Assembly (NCBI RefSeq): GCF_052169755.1
Contig: NZ_JBQNBV010000001.1
Coordinates: 1-47,732, forward strand
DNA from: Selenomonas sp.
GTDB lineage: Bacteria > Bacillota > Negativicutes > Selenomonadales > Selenomonadaceae
Direction of reading: 5' to 3'
DNA length: 47,732 bases
In this document: positions 1 through 7,918 of the stretch, piece after piece
How the letters are laid out: each line of letters starts with the position of its first letter
How positions within the stretch are numbered: position 1 is the first letter of the stretch
The notes under the pieces: model-generated
Databases searched by the model: none
Seen by the model: only the letters and a program-made list of their open reading frames with translations
Told to the model about the DNA's origin: nothing
Translations under genes and position numbers: made by a program

Positions 1-510
1 ACCGATGCGCCCGGCAGTCTGGATTTTGCCGATCATATATTCGTAGAGATCGCCCTTGAGGTCTTTGTCTTTCAAGGGGAGATCGTCAATGGCGGTGACG
101 ACTTTTTCCGTAATGAGAGGATTCGGCAGGGCGAAGGTGGCATCCTGCATATAGCGGGCATAGGCGCTCTTGCGGCTGTCTTTTTCATGGGGATTTGGTT
201 CTCCTTTCAAGGTTTTAATGAAGGGGAACACCTTTGTTCCAAGGATCTCGTGTATCTCCTCGGCTTTTTTGTCTCGAAAGATATGCCACCGCATGGCTTG
301 TCCTTCGTCGTCTTGGGGGAATATTCGTCTGCCGTTCGTAATGCCCAAGAGAGCGTCGTTCTTTTCCGTATCTGTTTCAACATCATCTAAAGATTTAATG
401 AAAAAAAGATAAGTAAGCTGCTCGATGACGGTCAAAGGATTTGCCAGCCCATAAGAGTACATATCATTCCAGATGCTGTCGATTTTGTTTTTGAGTTCAC
501 CCGTAATCAA
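1..510 (-). CDS. hsdM: Type I restriction-modification system methyltransferase subunit M, N-terminal part (runs off window start)
   Basis: Not in the ORF track because it is truncated. The minus strand reads MITGELKNKIDSIWNDMYSYGLANPLTVIEQLTYLFFIKSLDD...LKGDLYEYMIGKIQTAGRIG, a typical HsdM N-terminus leading toward the GQFRTP motif. TTG start at 510 with AGGAGG at 517-522; alternative ATG at 516. Confidence 0.92.
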   Translation of the reverse strand, partial: MITGELKNKIDSIWNDMYSYGLANPLTVIEQLTYLFFIKSLDDVETDTEKNDALLGITNGRRIFPQDDEGQAMRWHIFRDKKAEEIHEILGTKVFPFIKTLKGEPNPHEKDSRKSAYARYMQDATFALPNPLITEKVVTAIDDLPLKDKDLKGDLYEYMIGKIQTAGRIG

Positions 511-680
511 CGCCATCCTCCTAACTTACATAGATCGTTTGCTGTTCATCATATTTCGCATTTTTCAAAATAGAAGCCCTGCCTGATCTTGGAAAACCGT
601 CTCGCTCATGTAGGAATTGATGCGCACTGCAGAAAATACGCAGTACACGTCCATTGCCTAATGAACATAAATAGTGATAA

Positions 681-709
681 TGTATAATGGTTGAATGATT
701 GACGGTCAA
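681..709 (-). promoter_or_regulatory. Putative sigma-A promoter for hsdM (TTGACC-17-TATACA)
   Basis: Minus strand: TTGACC (709-704), 17-nt spacer, TATACA (686-681). The -35 lies within the palindrome TTGAC-G-GTCAA. Confidence 0.45.
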
Positions 710-920
710 ACTTGTGCAAGGGAAAGCGCAGGTTTTTATTTGAGCATAGTCTATCACAAATCGTAGGCGTTTATCAATGAAAAGCTATATCTTGCTCTTT
801 GGAATAGTGCAGCAGAATGTGTTTTATATGCTTGCGCAAACGATACGCTACATATTTGCGTAAAGCCTTGTGGCTGCAGGGGAGCATGGGCAGCTGTCAT
901 AAGCTGTCTGCAATATGTTA

Positions 921-949
921 TGGATAGGCATTTGCTTTCGTGCTATAAT
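921..949 (+). promoter_or_regulatory. Putative sigma-A promoter with extended -10 at the head of the OM cluster
   Basis: TGGATA (921-926), 17 nt, TGc-TATAAT (941-949), about 70 nt before the ATG at 1017. Confidence 0.6.
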
Positions 950-1016
950 AGGCTTCATCAACATAGTTGCGATGAGAGTCTACGGTGCGTGTGTTTTTTT
1001 GAGGGGCGGCGAGAGT

Positions 1017-2438
1017 ATGGGAAAGACAGTGCTGCATTTGGTTCTGGCTCTGGCTTTAATTTTGGGAGCGGGCAGCGCTGCAGCGGCGCCGGTGCAGACT
1101 TCTGTACCGCGGACGCAGCAGATGGCTGCAAAGACGCTCACGGGTGTGCGCTTCGGTGTAAGCGATGAGTACGAACGCGTTGTGTTTGATTTGACGACCT
1201 TGCCTGCTTACGAGATATATACGGAAAACGATGGACAGACGATCGTCATGTTTCTCTCGGGGGCGCATAGCCGTGCGGTGCAGCCGAAGATTTCAGGCAG
1301 TATAGTTGAAAATGTTCATGTTTCGACTGTGCCGCAGGGAATAAAAGTTGTTCTTAATCTCGCGGCGCCGGCTGCTTACGAGGTCAAGACGCTTGCTAAT
1401 CCGACGCGGCTCTTTATCGATGTGCAGAAAGAGTATGAGCGCATCACGGAGGAAGAGCCTGCACCCGGCTTGAAGCTCTCTACGCTTCGACGCCTTGATG
1501 AACGCGGACGCTTGACGGGCTGGGTGCTTGAGGCTGATCCCGCACGCTACCGTGCTGTGCCCGTGCTCGCGAAAGGCGTTGTTGCAGGCCGCGCTACGGT
1601 CAGTGCGATGTCGGATATGGCGGGAGCCGTCGCTGCCGTCAATGCTTCGTATTTTGCGCCGAGCGGCGACATTCTTGGTCTTTTGAAGATGGATGGCACG
1701 GTCGTTGGTACGACATATTTTCGGCGCAGCGCTGTGGGATTTGATGACGCGGGCAAGACGTTTTTCGGCCCCGTCGATTACAGCGGTACGGTGACGCTCG
1801 GCAGGGTGCGCTTCCCGGTGGGCGGTGTCGACGCCGAGCGTGGTGCGGACAGCCTCGTTATTTACAATCATTATTACAGCGCGACGACGCATACGAACGA
1901 ATATGGGCAGGAGTATATCATCAAGGGCGGCAGGGTTGCTTCTGTCAGCGCATCGAATACGGCGATTCCCCGTGACGGTCTTGTGATCTCGGTGCATGGC
2001 AAGGCGCGCGACGCTTTTGCACAGGTGAAGGTCGGCGATTCTGCGAGGGTGGATGAGCAGATGGGTGCGCCGTGGGAAACTTTGCCGACAGTCATCGGCG
2101 CTGGGCCCATGCTTGTAAAGGATGGCAGAGTCCATGTGACGGCGGCTGAGGAAGAATTCCCGTCCGATATCACTGTTGGACGTGCGCCGCGTACGGCTTT
2201 TGGGGTGACGGCGGATGGGCGCTATCTGCTTGCCGTCGTCGATGGGCGTCAGTCGCATAGTATTGGCTGCACTTTGCAGGAAATGGCGGAGTTCATGCTG
2301 CAATTCGGCGCGGTCGATGCGATCAATTTTGACGGCGGCGGCTCAAGCGCACTCGTTGTCGGCGGTAAGCTGGAAAACAGTCCGTCGGACGGCGCCGAGC
2401 GGGCGGTTGGTTCGGCGCTTGCGCTTTTACCGCGTTGA
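1017..2438 (+). CDS. Exported phosphodiester glycosidase (NAGPA family) with N-terminal AMIN-like domain
   Basis: Signal peptide (MGKTVLHLVLALALILGAGSAAAA), AMIN-like region (ERVVFDL...NPTRLFIDV), NAGPA motifs AAVNASYF, GAGPMLV, RAPRTAFG, VVDGRQ, AINFDGGGSS. Start moved from 915 to the ATG at 1017. Confidence 0.85.
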   Translation: MGKTVLHLVLALALILGAGSAAAAPVQTSVPRTQQMAAKTLTGVRFGVSDEYERVVFDLTTLPAYEIYTENDGQTIVMFLSGAHSRAVQPKISGSIVENVHVSTVPQGIKVVLNLAAPAAYEVKTLANPTRLFIDVQKEYERITEEEPAPGLKLSTLRRLDERGRLTGWVLEADPARYRAVPVLAKGVVAGRATVSAMSDMAGAVAAVNASYFAPSGDILGLLKMDGTVVGTTYFRRSAVGFDDAGKTFFGPVDYSGTVTLGRVRFPVGGVDAERGADSLVIYNHYYSATTHTNEYGQEYIIKGGRVASVSASNTAIPRDGLVISVHGKARDAFAQVKVGDSARVDEQMGAPWETLPTVIGAGPMLVKDGRVHVTAAEEEFPSDITVGRAPRTAFGVTADGRYLLAVVDGRQSHSIGCTLQEMAEFMLQFGAVDAINFDGGGSSALVVGGKLENSPSDGAERAVGSALALLPR

Positions 2439-2494
2439 AGCGGGTTTTGAGTTGCTTCTTTATGGAAAAATCCGTTATAATGGAGGAGATGGAA

Positions 2495-2791
2495 ATGAAA
2501 AGAGTGCTGTTCGCCGGTCTTTTTCTTGGCGTCATGCTGTTCGCGGTCCACGCGCTGATGGCGGGGGCAGTGATGGATGTGAAATCGAGCCTTGCCGGTA
2601 CGGTCACATGGACGGCGGAGCCGGGCAGCACGTTGACGGCGGGCGCAGAAATCGTGCGTGTGCGCACCTTGACGGGCGAAGCGGCTGCGGCGCGTGCTGA
2701 GGATGGCTGCCATGTGAGTGAGGCGCTTGTCGCTGTCGGCGACGATGTTGCCGTCGGGCAAATCGTTGCGCGTGTGGAGAAACAGGAATAA
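2495..2791 (+). CDS. Small exported biotinyl/lipoyl-attachment-like domain protein
   Basis: GGAGG RBS before the ATG at 2495. Hydrophobic N-terminus, then SLAGTV...EPGS...G.EIVRV and LVAVGDDVAVGQIVARV, a barrel-sandwich hybrid pattern. Confidence 0.7.
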   Translation: MKRVLFAGLFLGVMLFAVHALMAGAVMDVKSSLAGTVTWTAEPGSTLTAGAEIVRVRTLTGEAAAARAEDGCHVSEALVAVGDDVAVGQIVARVEKQE

Positions 2792-2835
2792 TATCGGGAG
2801 TCTTTCCGTTTGTACCTTCAGGCAATCTGTACGAG

Positions 2836-5085
2836 GTGATATACTTGCGTAATTTCAAGAAGAAGATGCTTTCTTTGTGCCTTTCCCTGTCGCTTTCGGC
2901 GAACTTGGCAGCGGCGGCGTCCTTGCCGCCGCTCATGCCGCTTTCGGATGTCTATCCGGGCATGGAGGGAACGGCGTATACCGTGGTCGATGAGTCGGGG
3001 GAAATCCTGCCGTTCCATGTCGATATTGTCGGTACTTATGAGGAGGGGTCGTCGACGAACCGCATCATGGCGAAGGCGTCGGGACCTGTCGTGGAGCGTA
3101 CGGGCGGTACGCTCCAAGGCATGAGCGGCAGCCCTGTCTATGTGGACGGGGCGCTTGTCGGCGCACTTTCCGCCGGGATTAAGGGCATGAGCCTCTACAC
3201 GTTTTTCATCACGCCGATCGACGAGATGCTGCCGATATGGAATATGCCTGACTACAAGGCGGCGCATCTGAAGAAGGAAAAGAAGGAAGCGGCAGAAGAG
3301 ACAGTTGCTGACGGCAACGAGGAAGGCGCTGATGCGGGGGAGTCGCAGAAGGATGGGGAAAAGCGCACCAAGCTCGAAAAGGAAGCGCCGCCTGAGCCGG
3401 TGAAGGAAGATATAGAGAAGCCGCGAGATGGGAAGTCTGCCAAGAAGGAAGCGGAAAAAGGCTCGAAGAAAGAAAAGGAAGCAAAGAAGGAAAAGAAGGA
3501 AAAGCCTGCGGCAGATAAGGGGGAAAAGCCTGAGAATGCAGGCAAAAAGGCTGGATCAGCGGATTCATCGAAGAAGCCGCAGCCGGAGAAAAATAGCCCC
3601 GAGGATGCGGCAAAGACGCCGCAGCAGCGCAAGGATGAGTCTGCGAAAGACCAGCCTGCGGAGGAAAAATCACCCCAAGAGCCGCAGAAGCAAAAGCCTG
3701 CGGATTCCGGTGCGCAAGCTCCTGCTGCAAAGAAGCATGAGACGGAACAGAAGTCGGCATTGTATCTTGCAGGTTTCGGCAGCAGCGGCACGTCCTATAT
3801 GGAGGAGAAGCTCTCCGCGCTGGGGTTCAAGGCGGGAGATATGCCTGCTTTTGGGACGCCGACGCGCGATACGCATGTCGTTTATGATGCTGCGCTTGCG
3901 CCGGGCAGCGCCATCGGCGTCGCTGTTTCCTACGGTGATTTTTCCGTCGGGGCGACGGGAACGGTGACGGCGGTCGACGGCAAGCGAGTGCTCGCTTTTG
4001 GTCATCCCTTTCTGCATAAGGGCAATGTCAACTATTTCATGACGGATGCCAAGGTCGTCGGTACGATCAGCGGACCGACGGACGGCATGAAGATCGCGAG
4101 TATCGGCAATATCATCGGACGAATCAATCAGGACAGGGAAGCCGGTGTTGCGGGGATTCTCGGAGCCTTTCCCGAGAGCGTGCCGATGCGCGTGCGTGTG
4201 AAAGATACGTCGCTCGGCTATGATCGGAAGTTCGGCGCACAAATCGCTTACGATGAGGACTTCCTGCCGATTCTTGTGTCGGGCATTGCCTATGCGGCGA
4301 TGGGAAAGACGTCGGACACGGTCGGTGAGGCGACGGCAAGCCTCAAGTTCACGATTCGCACGACGGCGGGAGAGGACGGCAGGATCGAACGCTCGAATAT
4401 GTACTACAATGCCGCTGACGTCGGGCAGGCGTCCGTGGGCGAGCTTGCGCAGATGATGGCGCTCCTCTGTCAGAATGCGGATGAGGAAGCGGATGTGACT
4501 TCGATCGACGTTGACATCGAGATGGAGAGTGCGAGAAAGACGGCGTCTTTGATTTCCGCTGTGCCCGACAAGCCTTCGGCGAAGCCGGGGGAAACGGTGA
4601 ATTTTCGCACGACGATCAAGCCTTTCCGCAAGGATAAGGAGGAGTTGGTGATTCCCTATCGTGTGCCTGAAAGCCAGGCGCCGGGCGTCATGAGTCTCGA
4701 TGTGCGCGGCGGCGGCTTTGTTCCTGTGACGACTGCACTTCTGCAAAATGCGCTCGGCATCGATACGAGCGCTGAAGAGGACAAGACGCAGACGACGGCA
4801 GACAAGGTCAAGCAATTTTTGGAGCTGGGCCGAAACAACGAGATCATCGTCGCGCCGGCAGCCGCCCCGAATTTGCCGCTTTCGCCAGAGGAGAAGAAAG
4901 CGGCGAAGAAGCGTCTGCAAAAGGCGGAGAGTGCGCCGCAGAAGAAAAAGGAAAAGCGTGTCGATCTTTTAGGACAGCAGGCAAAGAAGCGGGGCAATCC
5001 GCGCGAATCGAAGTTTGAAACGGGCTATGTCATAGACAATGTGATTCATGCTTCATTGTTGATTGAGGAAGAGGATAAGAAATGA
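2836..5085 (+). CDS. SpoIVB-like serine peptidase (family S55), exported, with long charged low-complexity insert
   Basis: GGTLQGMSGSPVYVDGALVGAL (Ser motif) and ATGTVT...VLAFGHPF (His motif); signal-peptide-like N-terminus; GTG start after GAGG. Confidence 0.85.
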   Translation: MIYLRNFKKKMLSLCLSLSLSANLAAAASLPPLMPLSDVYPGMEGTAYTVVDESGEILPFHVDIVGTYEEGSSTNRIMAKASGPVVERTGGTLQGMSGSPVYVDGALVGALSAGIKGMSLYTFFITPIDEMLPIWNMPDYKAAHLKKEKKEAAEETVADGNEEGADAGESQKDGEKRTKLEKEAPPEPVKEDIEKPRDGKSAKKEAEKGSKKEKEAKKEKKEKPAADKGEKPENAGKKAGSADSSKKPQPEKNSPEDAAKTPQQRKDESAKDQPAEEKSPQEPQKQKPADSGAQAPAAKKHETEQKSALYLAGFGSSGTSYMEEKLSALGFKAGDMPAFGTPTRDTHVVYDAALAPGSAIGVAVSYGDFSVGATGTVTAVDGKRVLAFGHPFLHKGNVNYFMTDAKVVGTISGPTDGMKIASIGNIIGRINQDREAGVAGILGAFPESVPMRVRVKDTSLGYDRKFGAQIAYDEDFLPILVSGIAYAAMGKTSDTVGEATASLKFTIRTTAGEDGRIERSNMYYNAADVGQASVGELAQMMALLCQNADEEADVTSIDVDIEMESARKTASLISAVPDKPSAKPGETVNFRTTIKPFRKDKEELVIPYRVPESQAPGVMSLDVRGGGFVPVTTALLQNALGIDTSAEEDKTQTTADKVKQFLELGRNNEIIVAPAAAPNLPLSPEEKKAAKKRLQKAESAPQKKKEKRVDLLGQQAKKRGNPRESKFETGYVIDNVIHASLLIEEEDKK

Positions 5086-5852
5086 TGATGCGGCTGTTGG
5101 AGAAAATCGGTTCTTTCGTGCTCGGAATGTTCGAGTGGGTCGGCTCCGTCATTTTGCTCCTTGCCGCTTCTGTCAAAGAGATGCGCCGCCCTTTGCGCCC
5201 GCGCCATATTTTCGCGCAGATGTCGCATCTTGGCGTCGACTCGCTTGCTATCGTTTCTTTGACGATGCTGTTTACCGGCATGGTCATGACGCTGCAGGTT
5301 GCGCATGAGTTCATCCGCTTCGGTGCGCAGTCAACGATCGGCGGCGTCATCGCCATCGCCGTTGGGCGGGAACTCGGACCTGTGCTCGTCGGCGTCGTTT
5401 GTGCCGGACGCGTGGGCTCTGCCATCACAGCGGAGATCAGCACGATGAAGGTTACGGAGCAGATCGACGCGCTGCGCGTCATGGCGACGAGCCCCATCGG
5501 CTATCTTGTCGTGCCGCGCATGATCGCGTGCATGTGCATGGTGCCGCTTCTGACGGTGTTTGGCGATGTCATCGGCATCTTTGGCGGCTGGTTCGTCGCC
5601 ACGCAGTATACCGGCATCGCATCGTACACATTCACGAACTCCATCCAGGTATTCGCCGTGCCGCACGATATTACGGGCGGGCTCATCAAGGCAGCCGTGT
5701 TCGGCGTCGTCATTGCCGTCTTGGGCGCGTGGTACGGGCTTCATGCTCCCGAGGGTGCGGAGGGCGTGGGGCGTGCTACGACGCGCAGCGTCGTAGCAGC
5801 GATTTTCTGCATTTTCTTTTTGAATGTGTTTCTTTCTTTTTTGCTGTATTGA
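5082..5852 (+). CDS. mlaE: MlaE-family lipid ABC transporter permease
   Basis: RELGPVLVGVVCAGRVGSAITAEISTMKVTEQIDALRVM and GAEGVGRATTRSVV signatures. Confidence 0.95.
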   Translation: MMMRLLEKIGSFVLGMFEWVGSVILLLAASVKEMRRPLRPRHIFAQMSHLGVDSLAIVSLTMLFTGMVMTLQVAHEFIRFGAQSTIGGVIAIAVGRELGPVLVGVVCAGRVGSAITAEISTMKVTEQIDALRVMATSPIGYLVVPRMIACMCMVPLLTVFGDVIGIFGGWFVATQYTGIASYTFTNSIQVFAVPHDITGGLIKAAVFGVVIAVLGAWYGLHAPEGAEGVGRATTRSVVAAIFCIFFLNVFLSFLLY

Positions 5853-5876
5853 TATACTTTTGGACGGGGTCGAGAT

Positions 5877-6626
5877 ATGATACGACTGGAAGATGTGACG
5901 AAAACTTTCGCCGCGCATACGGCGGTGCGTCATGTGAGCCTCTCCGTCAAGCGGGGCGAGACGCTCGCCGTTATCGGCGGATCCGGCTCGGGCAAGAGTA
6001 CGCTTCTGCGTCTGATGATCGGTCTGATTCGCCCGACCTCAGGAAAGATTTGGGTCGGCGATGCGGAGATCGCACAGATGACCGAATCCGAGCTTGATGA
6101 GGTGCGGCTCAAAATGGGCATGGTATTTCAGTATTCGGCGCTCTTTGACTCCATGACTGTCGGTGAGAATGTTGCTTTCGGACTGCGAGAGCACAAGAAG
6201 CTCAAGGAGAGCCGGATCGCAAGCATCGTGCGGGAGAAGCTGCATCTTGTGGGACTTGACGGCTCTGAGCACAGGATGCCCGACGAGCTTTCGGGCGGTA
6301 TGAAGAAGCGCGTGAGCTTGGCGCGCGCCATCGCCATCGATCCTGAAATCATCCTCTATGATGAGCCAAGTTCGGGGCTTGATCCCATCACGACGGCGAA
6401 AATCGATGATCTTATCATCACGATGCAAAAGGAGCTTCGCGTGACGAGCGTCGTTGTGACGCATGACATGGCGAGCGCCTGCTATATCGCCGACCGCATC
6501 GCTATGCTCGCCGGCGGTGAGCTCATCGCGCTCGATACGGTCGAGCGGTTCAAACAGATGAAAGATCCGCGCGTGCGTGCGTTTTTCCGCGCGATGGATA
6601 CGGAAGGGAAGGGGGCGGACGTATGA
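5877..6626 (+). CDS. mlaF: MlaF-family ABC transporter ATP-binding protein
   Basis: Walker A GGSGSGKS, MVFQYSALFDSMTVGENV, LSGGMKKRVSLARA, ILYDEP, VTHD; lies between mlaE and the MCE gene. Confidence 0.95.
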   Translation: MIRLEDVTKTFAAHTAVRHVSLSVKRGETLAVIGGSGSGKSTLLRLMIGLIRPTSGKIWVGDAEIAQMTESELDEVRLKMGMVFQYSALFDSMTVGENVAFGLREHKKLKESRIASIVREKLHLVGLDGSEHRMPDELSGGMKKRVSLARAIAIDPEIILYDEPSSGLDPITTAKIDDLIITMQKELRVTSVVVTHDMASACYIADRIAMLAGGELIALDTVERFKQMKDPRVRAFFRAMDTEGKGADV

Positions 6627-7906
6627 CGACGGAAGCGAAGGTGGGCGCATTCACGCTGCTCGGCATCGTGCTCTTGGCGGCGATCTTGCTGCAGTTCGGG
6701 GGATTCTCCTTTTCGACGAGCCGCAGCTATACGATCTATGTGGGGTTCACACAGGTCGTCGGTCTGGCTCCTGAAGCGGATGTGCGCTATGCGGGGGTGC
6801 TCGCGGGCAAGGTCAAGGCCATTGAGCCGGAAGGAACAGGTGTGCGTGTGACGCTTTCTGTGGATCCTGACATCCGAATCCCGCGCGATGCACGCATCAC
6901 GCTGTCGGCGAACAGCGTCCTTGGCGACAAGTTCGTTCTCATTTCTCCGGCGGGATCGAAGAGCACGGAGTATTTGAAGGACGGCGACTTCGTCATCGGT
7001 ATGGATGAGACGAGCATCGACTCTGTGCTGGATAATGTAAGCGAAGCGATTCAGGATGTGCATGATCTGCTCGGCTCCTTGAACGATATCTTAGGCAATC
7101 CACGCATGAAGGAGTCCGTCTTGGGATCGGCGGAGAATGTGCGCGAGGTTACGGCGCATATCCGAGACATGACGTCTGTGATGGGGCGCGTCGCCTTGCA
7201 GAACGAGGGAAGTATGCACGCGATGATGCGTGAGATGCAGGCGATTCTCGCGAACCTTTCGGCGACGACGGAAACTGTGCGCCAGATGGCGGCGGATGTT
7301 TCTGACGGCGGCGCGACGGCGGCGAATCTTCGCCTGACTCTTTTGAACGTCGCCAAGGCGAGTGAAAATATCCGCATGGTGGCAGAAGAGATGCACGAAG
7401 TCACAGGCGATCCGACCGTGCGTGAAGATCTCAAGACGACGATCCATCAGGCGCGCGCCGTCACGGAAAAGGCGAACGAAACCCTGGATAATCTCAGCAG
7501 CATTGAGACGCAGCCGTCGCTCGACGTGCTTTACAGCGGCAAGGAGCGCGACTGGATCACGAACTTCAACGTCGATGTATCAAGGGAAAGCGAGCCGGAT
7601 CGCTTCCTGCGCGTCGGCGTCGAGGATGTCGGCGAAGCGAATGCGCTGAATCTTGAGGTCGGGCGCACCAAGGGCAGGCTGGGGGCGCGCGCAGGGCTGA
7701 TCGCGGGCGATCCGGGCATCGGGCTGGATGCGGCGGTCGGCGGGCGCTGGCACTTCTCCGCTGACGCCTATGATCCGAACGATTTTCGACTGCGGCTTTC
7801 GGCGCAGTATCGTCTGCGTGAGGACACATATCTCATGGGGCAAATTAGAGATTTGAACCGCAGTGAACGGCGTGCCGCCTACTTCGGTCTGCATCAATCA
7901 TTTTAG
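6623..7906 (+). CDS. mlaD: MlaD/MCE protein with long helical region and C-terminal beta-strand (barrel) domain
   Basis: N-terminal TM (EAKVGAFTLLGIVLL), MCE motif GLAPEADVRYAGVLAGKV...LGDKFVLISP, long helical repeat, then amphipathic strands ending AYFGLHQSF. Confidence 0.9.
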   Translation: MTTEAKVGAFTLLGIVLLAAILLQFGGFSFSTSRSYTIYVGFTQVVGLAPEADVRYAGVLAGKVKAIEPEGTGVRVTLSVDPDIRIPRDARITLSANSVLGDKFVLISPAGSKSTEYLKDGDFVIGMDETSIDSVLDNVSEAIQDVHDLLGSLNDILGNPRMKESVLGSAENVREVTAHIRDMTSVMGRVALQNEGSMHAMMREMQAILANLSATTETVRQMAADVSDGGATAANLRLTLLNVAKASENIRMVAEEMHEVTGDPTVREDLKTTIHQARAVTEKANETLDNLSSIETQPSLDVLYSGKERDWITNFNVDVSRESEPDRFLRVGVEDVGEANALNLEVGRTKGRLGARAGLIAGDPGIGLDAAVGGRWHFSADAYDPNDFRLRLSAQYRLREDTYLMGQIRDLNRSERRAAYFGLHQSF

Positions 7907-7918
7907 GGGGAAATCATC

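Noticed and set aside
170..412. Short plus-strand ORFs 170-412 and 187-390
   Set aside because: Antisense to the clear hsdM reading frame.
521..757. 78-aa minus-strand ORF just upstream of hsdM
   Set aside because: No RBS, atypical composition, and it spans the predicted hsdM promoter; probably non-coding.
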